The notes under the pieces were generated by a model. That model had not been told where the DNA came from. It did no database searches and was given only the letters and a program-made list of their open reading frames with translations. A program made the position numbers and the translations under genes. This document shows positions 14,101 through 27,669 of a DNA stretch of 64,000 nucleotides, in pieces. The first letter of the stretch is position 1, and each line of letters begins with the position of its first letter. Location of the stretch: NCBI RefSeq assembly GCF_009914755.1, contig NC_060925.1. The stretch is one strand, 5' to 3'. This DNA is from the human T2T-CHM13v2.0 reference genome, Homo sapiens.

Positions 14101-17100
14101 TCAAATGGAATTGAATGGAATTATCGAATGAAATCGAATGGAATTATCGAATGCAATCGAATAGAATCATCGAATGGACTCGAATGGAATCATCGAATGG
14201 AATGGAATGGAACAGTCAATGAACTCGAATGGAATCATCATTGAATGGAATCGAATGGAATCATCGAGTGGAATCGAATGTAATCATCATCAAATGGAAT
14301 CAAAAATAACCATCATCAAATGGAATCAAAAATAACCATCATCAATTGGTATTGAATGGAATTCTCATCAAATGGAATTCAAAGGAATCATCATCAAATG
14401 GAACCGAATGGAATCCTCATTGAATGGAAATGAAAGGGGTCATCATCTAATGGAATCGCATGGAATCATCATAAAATGGAATCGAATGGAATCAACATCA
14501 AATGGAATCAAATGGAATCATTGAACGGAATTGAATGGAATCGTCATCGAATGAATTGAATGCAATCATCGAATGGTCTCGAATGGAATCATCTTCAAAT
14601 GGAATGGAATGGAATCATCGCATAGAATCGAATGGAATTATCATCGAATGGAATCGAATGGAATCAACATCAAACGGAAAAAAACCGAATTATCGAATGG
14701 AATCGAAGAAAATCATCGAATTGACCCGAATGGAATCATCTAATGGAATGGAATGGAATAATCCATGGACTCGAATGCAATCATCATCGAATGGAATCGA
14801 ATGGAATCATCGAATGGACTCGAATGGAATAATCATTGAACGGAATCGAATGGAATCATCATCGGATGGAAATGAATGGAATCATCATCGAATGGAATCG
14901 AATAGAATTATGGAATGAAATCCAGTGTGATCATCATCGAATGGACCCGAATGGAATCATCATCCATCGGAAGCAAATGGAATCAACATCGAATGAATCG
15001 AATGGAAACACCATCGAATTGAAACGAATGGAATTATCATGAAATTGAAATGGATGGACTCATCATCGAATGGATTCGAATGGAATCATCGAATAAAATT
15101 GATTGAAATCATCATCAAATGGAATCGAATGGTATCATTGAATGGAATCGAATGGAATCATCATCAGATGGAAATGAATGGAATCGTCATAGAATGGAAT
15201 CGAATGGATTCATTGAATGGAATCAGATGGAATCATCGAATGGACTGGAATGGAATCATTGAATGGACTCGAAAGGGATCATTATTGAATGGAATTGAAT
15301 GGAATCATCGAATGGTCTCGATTGGAATCATTATCAAATGGAATCGAATGGAATCACCGAATAGAATCGAATGGAACAATCATCGAATGGACTCAAATGG
15401 AATTATCCTCCAATGGAATCGAATGGAATTATCGAATGCAATCGAATGGAATTATCGAATGCAATCGAATAGAATCACCGAATGGACTCGAATGGTATCA
15501 TCGAGTGGAATCGAATGGAATTATGATCAAATGGAATCGAATGTAATCATCATCAAATGGAATCAAAAATAACCATCATCAATTGGTATTGAATGGAATT
15601 GTCATCAAATGGAATTTAAGGGAATCATCATCAAATGGAACCGAATGGAATCCTCATTGAATGGAAATGAAAGGGGTCATCATCTAATGGAATCGCATGG
15701 AATCATCATCAAATGGAATCGAATGGAATCATCATCAAATGGAATCTAATGGAATCATTGAAAGAATTGAATGGAATCATCATCGAATGAATTGAATGCA
15801 ATCATCGAATGGTCTCGAATGGAATCATCTTCTAATGGAAAGGAATGGAATCATCGCATAGAATCGAATGGAATTATCATCGAATGGAATCGAATGGTAT
15901 CAACATCAAACGGAAAAAAACGGAATTATCGAATGGAATCGAAGAGAATCTTCGAACGGACCCGAATGGAATCATCTAATGGAATGGAATGGAATAATCC
16001 ACGGACTCGAATGCAATCATCATCGTATAGAATCGAATGGAATCATCGAAAGGACTCGAATGGAATAACCATTGAACGGAATCGAATGGAATCATCATCG
16101 GATGGAAACGAATGGAATCATCATCGAATGGAAATGAAAGGAGTCATCATCTAATGGAATTGCATGGAATCATCATAAAATGGAATCGAATGGAATCATC
16201 ATCAAATGGAATCAAATGGAATCATTGAACGGAATTGAATGGAATCGTCATCGAATGAATTGAATGCAATCATCGAATGGTCTCGAATGGAATCATCTTC
16301 AAATGGAATGGAATGGAATCATCGCATAGAATCGAATGGAATTATCATCGAATGGAATCGAATGGTATCAACATCAAACGGAAAAAAACGGAATTATCGA
16401 ATGGAATCGAAGAGAATCTTCGAACGGACCCGAATGGAATCATCTAATGGAATGGAATGGAATAAACCATGGACTCGAATGCAATCATCATCGAATGGAA
16501 TCGAATGGAATCATTGAAAGGACTCGAATGGAATAATCATTGAACGGAATCGAATGGAATCATCATCGGATGGAAATGAATGGAATCATCATCGAATGGA
16601 ATCGAATAGAATTATGGAATGAAATCCAGTGTGATCATCATCGAATGGACCCGAATGGAATCATCATCCAACGGAAGCTAATGGAATCAACATCGAATGA
16701 ATCAAATGGAAACACCATCGAATTGAAACGAATGGAATTACCATGAAATTCAAATGGATGGACTCATCATCAAATGGATTCGAGTGGAATCATCAAATAA
16801 AATTGATTGAAATCATCATCGAATGGAATCGAATGGTATCATTGAATGGAATCGAATGGAATCATCATCAGATGGAAATGAAAGGAATCGTCATAGAATG
16901 GAATCGAATGGATTCATTGAATGGAATCAGATGGAATCATCGAATGGACTGGAATGGAATCATTGAATGGACTCGAAAGGGATCATTATTGAATGGAATT
17001 GAATGGAATCATCGAATGGTCTCGATTGGAATCATTATCAAATGGAATCGAATGGAATCACCGAATAGAATCGAATGGAACAATCATCGAATGGACTCAA

Positions 17101-17280
17101 ATGGAATTATCCTCAAATGGAATCGAATGGAATTATCGAATGCAATCGAATGGAATTATCGAATGCAATCGAATAGAATCAACGAATGGACTCGAATGGA
17201 ATCATCGAATGGAATGGAATGGAACAGTCAATGAACTCGAATGGAATCATCATTGAATGGAATCGAATGGAATCATCGAG

Positions 17281-20200
17281 TGGAATCTAAAGGAATTATG
17301 ACCAAATGGAATCGAAAGTAATCATCATCAAATGGAATCAAAAATAAACATCATCAATTGGTATTGAATGGAATTGTCATCAAATGGAATTCAAAGGAAT
17401 CATCATCAAATGGAACCGAATGGAATCCTCATTGAATGGAAATGAAAGGGGTCATCATCTAATGGAATCGCATGGAATCATCATCAAATGGAATCGAATG
17501 GAATCATCATCAAATGGAATCTAATGGAATCATTGAAAAGAATTGAATGGAATAGTCATCGAATGAATTGAATGCAATCATCGAATGGTCTCGAATGGAA
17601 TCATCTTCTAATGGAAAGGAATGGAATCATCGCATAGAATCGAATGGAATTATCATCGAATGGAATCGAATGATATCAACACCAAACGGAAAATAACGGA
17701 ATTATCGAATGGAATCGAAGAGAATCTTCGAACGGACCCGAATGGAATCATCTAATGGAATGGAATGGAATAATCCATGGACTCGAATGCAATCATCATC
17801 GAATGGAATCGAATGGAATCATCGAATGGACTCGAATGGAATAATCATTGAACGGAATCGAATGGAATCATCATCGGATGGAAACGAATGGAATCATCAT
17901 CGAATGGAAATGAAAGGAGTCATCATCTAATGGAATTGCATGGAATCATCATCAAATGGAATCGAATGGAATCAACATCAAATGGAATCAAATGGAATCA
18001 TTGAACGGAATTGAATGGAATCGTCATCGAATGAATTGAATGCAATCATCGAATGGTCTCGAATGGAATCATCTTCAAATGGAATGGAATGGAATCATCG
18101 CATAGAATCGAATGGAATTATCATCGAATGGAATCGAATGGAATCAACATCAAACGGAAAAAAACGGAATTATCGAATGGAATCGAAGAGAATCATCGAA
18201 TGGACCCGAATGGAATCATCTAATGGAATGGAATGGAATAATCCATGGACTCGAATGCAATCATCATCGAATGGAATCGAATGGAATCATCGAATGGACT
18301 CGAATGGAATAATCATTGAACGGAATCGAATGGAATCATCATCGGATGGAAATGAATGGAATCATCATCGAATGGAATCGAATAGAATTATGGAATGAAA
18401 TCCAGGGTGATCATCATCGAATGGACCCGAATGGAATCATCATCCAACGGAAGCTAATGGAATCAACATCGAATGAATCGAATGGAAACACCATCGAATT
18501 GAAACGAATGGAATTACCATGAAATTGAAATGGATGGACTCATCATCGAATGGATTCGAATGGAATCATCGAATAAAATTGTTTGAAATCATCATCGAAT
18601 GGTATCGAATGGTATCATTGAATGGAATCGAATGGAATCATCCTCAGATGGAAATGAATGGAATCGTCATAGAATGGAATCGAATGGATTCATTGAATGG
18701 AATCAGATGGAATCAACGAATGGACTGGAATGGAATCATTGAATGGACTCGAAAGGGATCATTATTGAATGGAATTGAATGGAATCATCGAATGGTCCCG
18801 ATTGGAATCATTATCAAATGGAATCGAATGGAATCACCGAATAGAATCGAATGGAACAATCATCGAATGGACTCAAATGGAATTATCCTCAAATGGAATC
18901 GAATGGAATTATCGAATGCAATCGAATGGAATTATCGAATGCAATCGAATAGAATCATCGAATGGACTCGAATGGAATCATCGAATGGAATGGAATGGAA
19001 CAGTCAATGAACTCGAATGGAATCATCATTGAATGGAATCGAATGGAATCATCGAGTGGAATCGAATGGAATTATGATCAAATGGAATCGAATGTAATCA
19101 TCATCAAATGGAATCAAAAATAACCATCATCAATTGGTATTGAATGGAATTCTCATCAAATGGAATTCAAAGGAATCATCATCAAATGGAACTGAATGGA
19201 ATCCTCATTGAATGGAAATGAAAGGGGTCATCATCTAATGGAATCGCATGGAATCATCATCAAATGGAATCGAATGGAATCATCATCAAATGGAATCTGA
19301 TGGAATCATTGAACAGAATTGAATGGAATCGTCATCGAATGAATTGAATGCAATCATCAAATGGTCTCGAATGTAATCACATTCTAATGGAAAGGAATGG
19401 AATCATCGCATAGAATAGAATGGAATTAACATTGAATGGACTCGAATGGAATCTACATCAAACGGAATCAAGCGGAATTATTGAATGGAATCGAAGAGAA
19501 TCATCGAATGGTCTCGAATGGAATCATCTTCTAATGGAAAGGAATGGAATCATCTCATAGAATCGAATGGAATTAACATTGAATGGACTCGAATGGAATC
19601 AACATCAAATGGAATCAAGCGGAATTATCGAATGAAATCGAAGAGAATCATCGAATGGACTCGAATGGAATCATCTAATGGAATGGAATGGAATAATCCA
19701 CGGACTCGAATGCAATCATCATCGTATAGAATCGAATGGAATCATCGAAAGGACTCGAATGGAATAACCATTGAACGGAATCGAATGGAATCATCATCGG
19801 ATGGAAACGAATGGAATCATCATCGAATGGAAATGAAAGGAGTCATCATCTAATGGAATTGCATGGAATCATCATAAAATGGAATCGAATGGAATCATCA
19901 TCAAATGGAATCAAATGGAATCATTGAACGGAATTGAATGGAATCGTCATCGAATGAATTGAATGCAATCATCAAATGGTCTCGAATGGAATCATCTTCA
20001 AATGGAATGGAATGGAATCATCGCATAGAATCGAATGGAATTATCATCAAATGGAATCGAATGGTATCAACATCAAACGGAAAAAAACGGAATTATCGAA
20101 TGGAATCGAAGAGAATCTTCGAACGGACCCGAATGGAATCATCTAATGGAATGGAATGGAATAATCCATGGACTCGAATGCAATCATCATCGAATGGAAT

Positions 20201-21800
20201 CGAATGGAATCATTGAATGGACTCGAATGGAATAATCATTGAACGGAATCGAATGGAATCATCATCGGATGGAAACGAATGGAATCATCATCGAATGGAA
20301 TCGAATAGAATTATGGAATGAAATCCAGTGTGATCATCATCGAATGGACCCGAATGGAATCATCATCCAACGGAAGCTAATGGAATCAACATCGAATGAA
20401 TCGAAAGGAAACACCATCGAATTGAAACGAATGGAATTATCATGAAATTGAAATGGATGGACTCATCATCGAATGGATTCGAATGGAATCATCGAATAAA
20501 ATTGATTGAAATCATCATCGAATGGAATCGAATGGTATCATTGAATGGAATCGAATGGAATCATCATCAGATGGAAATGAATGGAATCGTCATAGAATGG
20601 AATCGGATGGATTCATTGAATGGAATCAGATGGAATCATCGAATGGACTGGAATGGAATCATTGAATGGACTCGAAAGGGATCATTATTGAATGGAATTG
20701 AATGGAATCATCGAATGGTCTCGATTGGAATCATTATCAAATGGAATCGAATGGAATCACCGAATAGAATCGAATGGAACAATCATCGAATGGACTCAAA
20801 TGGAATTATCCTCAAATGGAATCGAATGGAATTATCGAATGCAATCGAATGGAATTATCGAATGCAATCGAATAGAATCATCGAATGGACTCGAATGGAA
20901 TCATCGAATGGAATGGAATGGAACAGTCAATGAACTCGAATGGAATCATCATTGAATGGAATCGAATGGAATCATCGAGTGGAATCGAATGGAATTAAGA
21001 TCAAATGGAATCGAATGTAATCATCATCAAATGGAATCAAAAATAACCATCATCAATTGGTATTGAATGGAATTGTCATCAAATGGAATTCAAAGGAATC
21101 ATCATCAAATGGAACCGAATGGAATCCTCGTTGAATGGAAATGAAAGGGGTCATCATCTAATGGAATCGCATGGAAACATCATAAAATGGAATCGAATGG
21201 AATCAACATCAAATGGAATCAAATGGAATCATTGAACGGAATTGAATGGAATGGTCATCGAAAGAATTGAATGCAATCATCGAATGGTGTCGAATGGAAT
21301 CATCTTCAAATGGAATGGAATTGAATCATCGCATAGAATCGAAAGGAATTATCATCGAATGGAATCGAATGGAATCAACACCAAACGGAAAAAAACGGAA
21401 TTATCGAATGGAGTCGAAGAGAATCATCGAATGGACCCGAATGGAATCATCTAATGGAATGGAATGGAATAATCCATGGACTCGAATGCAATCATCATCG
21501 AATGGAATCGAATGGAATCATCGAATGGACTCGAATGGAATAATCATTGAACGGAATCGAATGGAATCATCATCGGATGGAAACGAATGGAATCATCATC
21601 GAATGGAATCGAATAGAATTATGGAATGAAATCCAGTGTGATCATCATCGAATGGACCCGAATGGAATCATCATCCAACGGAAGCTAATGGAATCAACAT
21701 CGAATGAATCAAATGGAAACACCATCGAATTGAAACGAATGGAATTACCACGAAATTGAAATGGATGGACTCATCATCAAATGGATTCGAATGGAATCAT
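17281..21800 (+). repeat. Dispersed further copy of the 5007-bp higher-order repeat
   Basis: tggaatctaaaggaattatgaccaaatggaatcgaaagt occurs at 4402 and 17281 (+12879). The 1923 unit is at 18519. The ggaattaagatc, cctcgttg and ggaatggtcatcgaaag variants occur at ~3105-3380 and ~20991-21266 (+17886). Confidence 0.85.
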
Positions 21801-24800
21801 CGAATAAAATTGATTGAAATCATCATCGAATGGAATCGAATGGTATCATTGAATGGAATCGAATGGAATCATCATCAGATGGAAATGAATGGAATCGTCA
21901 TAGAATGGAATCGAATGGATTCATTGAATGGAATCAGATGGAATCATCGAATGGACTGGAATGGAATCATTGAATGGACTCGAAAGGGATCATGATTGAA
22001 TGGAATTGAATGGAATCATGGAATGGTCTCGATTGGAATCATTATCAAATGGAATCGAATGGAATCACCGAATAGAATCGAATGGAACAATCATCGAATG
22101 GACTCAAATGGAATTATCCTCAAATGGAATCGAATGGAATTATCGAATGCAATCGAATGGAATTATCGAATGCAATCGAATAGAATCATCGAATGGACTC
22201 GAATGGAATCATCGAATGGAATGGAATGGAACAGTCAATGAACTCGAATGGAATCATCATTGAATGGAATCGAATGGAATCATCGAGTGGAATCGAATGG
22301 AATTATGATCAAATGGAATCGAATGTAATCATCATCAAATGGAATCAAAAATAACCATCATCAATTGGTATTGAATGGAATTGTCATCAAATGGAATTCA
22401 AAGGAATCATCATCAAATGGAACCGAATGGAATCCTCATTGAATGGAAATGAAAGGGGTCATCATCTAATGGAATCGCATGGAATCATCATCAAATGGAA
22501 TCGAATGGAATCATCATCAAATGGAATCTAATGGAATCATTGAAAAGAATTGAATGGAATCATCATCGAATGAATTGAATGCAATCATCGAATGGTCTCG
22601 AATGGAATCATCTTCTAATGGAAAGGAATGGAATCATCGCATAGAATCGAATGGAATTATCATCGAATGGAATCGAATGGTATCAACACCAAACGGAAAA
22701 AAACGGAATTATCGAATGGAATCGAAGAGAATCAACGAACGGACCCGAATGGAATCATCTAATGGAACGGAATGGAATAATCCATGGACTCGAATGCAAT
22801 CATCATCGAATGGAATCGAATGGAATCATCGAATGGACTCGAATGGAATAATCATTGAACGGAATCGAATGGAATCATCATCGGATGGAAACGAATGGAA
22901 TCATCATCGAATGGAAATGAAAGGAGTCATCATCTAATGGAATTGCATGGAATCATCATAAAATGGAATCGAATGGAATCAACATCAAATGGAATCAAAT
23001 GGAATCATTGAACGGAATTGAATGGAATCGTCATCGAATGAATTGAATGCAATCATCGAATGGTCTCGAATGGAATCATCTTCAAATGGAATGGAATGGA
23101 ATCATCGCATAGAATCGAATGGAATTATCATCGAATGGAATCGAATGGAATCAACATCAAACGGAAAAAAACGGAATTATCGAATGGAATCGAAGAGAAT
23201 CATCGAATGGACCCGAATGGAATCATCTAATGGAATGGAATGGAATAATCCATGGACTCGAATGCAATCATCATCGAATGGAATCGAATGGAATCATCGA
23301 ATGGACTCGAATGGAATAATCATTGAACGGAATCGAATGGAATCATCATCGGATGGAAATGAATGGAATCATCATCGAATGGAATCGAATAGAATTATGG
23401 AATGAAATCCAGTGTGATCATCATCGAATGGACCCGAATGGAATCATCATCCAACGGAAGCTAATGGAATCAACATCGAATGAATCAAATGGAAACACCA
23501 TCGAATTGAAACGAATGGAATTACCATGAAATTGAAATGGATGGACTCATCATCAAATGGATTCGAGTGGAATCATCGAATAAAATTGATTGAAATCATC
23601 ATCGAATGGAATCGAATGGTATCATTGAATGGAATCGAATGGAATCATCATCAGATGGAAATGAAAGGAATCGTCATAGAATGGAATCGAATGGATTCAT
23701 TGAATGGAATCAGATGGAATCATTGAATGGACTGGAATGGAATCATTGAATGGACTCGAAAGGGATCATGATTGAATGGAATTGAATGGAAACATCGAAT
23801 GGTCTCGATTGGAATCATTATCAAATGGAATCGAATGGAATCACCGAATAGAATCGAATGGAACAATCATCGAATGGACTCAAATGGAATTATCCTCAAA
23901 TGGAATCGAATGGAATTATCGAATGCAATCGAATAGAATCATCGAATGGACTCGAATGGAATCATCGAATGGAATGGAATGGAATCATCGAATGGAATGG
24001 AATGGAACAGTCAATGAACTCGAATGGAATCATCATTGAATGGAATCGAATGGAATCATCGAGTGGAATCGAATGGAATTATGATCAAATGGAATCGAAT
24101 GTAATCATCATCAAATGGAATCAAAAATAACCATCATCAATTGGTATTGAATGGAATTCTCATCAAATGGAATTCAAAGGAATCATCATCAAATGGAACT
24201 GAATGGAATCCTCATTGAATGGAAATGAAAGGGGTCATCATCTAATGGAATCGCATGGAATCATCATCAAATGGAATCGAATGGAATCACCATCAAATGG
24301 AATCTGATGGAATCATTGAACAGAATTGAATGGAATCGTCATCGAATGAATTGAATGCAATCATCTCATGGTCTCGAATGTAATCACATTCTAATGGAAA
24401 GGAATGGAATCATCGCATAGAATCGAATGGAATTAACATTGAATGGACTCGAATGGTATCAACATCAAACGGAAAAAAACGGAATTATGGAATGGAATCG
24501 AAGAGAATCTTCGAACGGACCCGAATGGAATCATCTAATGGAATGGAATGGAATAATCCATGGACTCGAATGCAATCATCATCGAATGGAATCGAATGGA
24601 ATCATCGAATGGACTCGTATGGAATAATCATTGAATGGAATCGAATGGAATCATCTTCGGATGGAAACGAATGGAATCATCATCGAATGGAAATCAAAGG
24701 AGTCATCATCTAATGGAATTGCATGGAATCATCATAAAATGGAATCGAATGGAATCAACATCAAATGGAATCAAATGGAATCATTGAACGGAATTGAATG

Positions 24801-27669
24801 GAATCGTCATCGAATGAATTCAATGCAATCATCGAATGGTCTCGAATGGAATCATCTTCAAATGGAATGGAATGGAATCATCGCATAGAATCGAGTGGAA
24901 TTATCATCGAATGGAGTCGAATGGAATCAACATCAAACGGAAAAAAACGGAATTATCGAATGGAATCGAAGAGAATCTTCGAACGGACCCGAATGGAATC
25001 ACCTAATGGAATGGAATGGAATAATCCATGGACTCGAATGCAATCATCATCGAATGGAATCGAATGGAATCATCAAATGGACTCGAATGGAATAATCATT
25101 CAACGGAATCGAATGGAATCATCATCGGATGGAAATGAATTGAATCATCATCCAACGGAAGCTAATGGAATCAACATCGAATGTATCGAATGGAAACACC
25201 ATCGAATTGAAACGAATGGAATTATCATGAAATTGAAATGGATGGACTCATCATCGAATGGATTCGAATGGAATCATCGAATAAAATTGATTGAAATCAT
25301 CATCGAATGGAATCGAATGGTATCATTGAATGGAATCGAATGGAATCATCATCAGATGGAAATGAATGGAATCGTCATAGAATGGAATCGAATGGATTCA
25401 TTGAATGGAATCAGATGGAATCATCGAATGGACTAGAATGGAATCATTGAATGGACTCGAAAGGGATCATTATTGAATGGAATTGAATGGAATCATCGAA
25501 TGGTCTCGATTGGAATCATTACCAAATGGAATCGAATGGAATCACCGAATAGAATCGAATGGAACAATCATCGAATCGACTCAAATGGAATCATCCTCAA
25601 ATGGAATGGAATGGAATTATCGAATGCAATCGAATAGAATCATCGAATGGACTCGAATGGAATCATCGAATGGAATGGAATGGAACAGTCAATGAACTCG
25701 AATGGAATCATCATTGAATGGAATCGAATGGAATCATCGAGTGGAATCGAATGGAACTATGATCAAATGGAATCGAATGTAATCATCATCAAATGGAATC
25801 AAAAATAACCATCATCAATTGGTATTGAATGGAATTGTCATCAAATGGAATTCAAAGGAATCATCATCAAATGGAACAGAATGGAATCCTCATTGAATGG
25901 AAATGAAAGGGGTCATCATCTAATGGAATCGCATGGAATCATCATCAAATGGAATCGAATGGAATCATCATCAAATGGAATCTGATGGAATCATTGACCG
26001 GAATTGAATGGAATCGTCATCGAATGAATTGAATGCAATCATCGAATGGTCTCGAATGGAATCATCTTCTAATGGAAAGGAATGGAATCATCGCATAGAA
26101 TCGAATGGAATTAACATTGAATGGACTCGAATGGAATCAACATCAAACGGAATCAAGCGGAATTATCGAATGGAATCGAAGAGAATCATCTAATGGACTC
26201 GAATGGAATAATCTAATGGAATTGAATGGAATAATCCACGGACTCGAATGCAATCATCATCGTATAGAATCGAATGGAATCATCAAATGGACTCGAATGG
26301 AATAATCATTGAACGGAATCGAATGGAATCATCATCGGATGGAAACGAATGGAATCATCATCGAATGGAAATGAAAGGAGTCATCATCTAATGGAATTTC
26401 ATGGAATCATCATCAAATGGAATCGAATGGAATCAACATCAAATGGAATCAAATGGAATCATTGAACGGAATTGAATGGAATCGTCATCGAATGAATGAA
26501 TGCAATCATCGAATGGTCTCGAATGGAATCATCTTCAAATGGAATGGAATGGAATCATCGCATAGAATCGAATGGAATTATCATCGAATGGAATCGAATG
26601 GTATCAACATCAAACGGAAAATAACGGAATTATCGAATGGAATCGAAGAGAATCATCGAACGGACCCGAATGGAATCATCTAATGGAATAGAATGGAATA
26701 ATCCACGGACTCGAATGCAATCATCGTCGAATGGAATCGAATAGAATCATCGAATGGACTCGAATGGAATAATCATTGAACAGAATAGAATGGAATCATC
26801 ATCGGATGGAAACGAATGGAATCATCATCGAATGGAATCGAATAGAATTATGGAATGAAATCCAGTGTGATCATCATCGAATGGACCCGAATGGAATCAT
26901 CATCCAACGGAAGCTAATGGAATCAACATCGAATGAATCAAATGGAAACACCATCGAATTGAAACGAATGGAATTACCATGAAATTGAAATGGATGGACT
27001 CATCATCAAATGGATTCGAATGGAATCATCGAATAAAATTGATTGAAATCATCATCGAATGGAATCGAATGGTATCATTGAATGGAATCGAATGGAATCA
27101 TCATCAGATGGAAATGAATGGAATCGTCATAGAATGGAATCGAATGGATTCATTGAATGGAATCAGATGGAATCATCGAATGGACTGGAATGGAATCATT
27201 GAATGGACTCGAAAGGGATCATTATTGAATGGAATTGAATGGAATCATCGAATGGTCTCGATTGGAATCATTATCAAATGGAATCGAATGGAATCACCGA
27301 ATAGAATCGAATGGAACAATCATCGAATGGACTCAAATGGAATTATCCTCCAATGGAATGGAATGGAATTATCGAATGCAATCGAATGGAATTATCGAAT
27401 GCAATCGAATAGAATCATCGAATGGACTCGAATGGAATCATCGAATGGAATGGAATGGAACAGTCAATGAACTCGAATGGAATCATCATTGAATGGAATC
27501 GAATGGAATCATCGAGTGGAATCGAATGGAATTATGATCAAATGGAATCGAATGTAATCATCATCAAATGGAATCAAAAATAACCATCATCAATTGGTAT
27601 TGAATGGAATTGTCATCAAATGGAATTCAAAGGAATCATCATCAAATGGAACCGAATGGAATCCTCATT

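Noticed and set aside
24798-25436. Longest ORF (212 aa) and other longer fusion ORFs (15039, 28251, 48513)
   Set aside because: Each is produced by a deletion junction or a single stop-loss SNV fusing satellite frames. They mark rearrangements, not genes.
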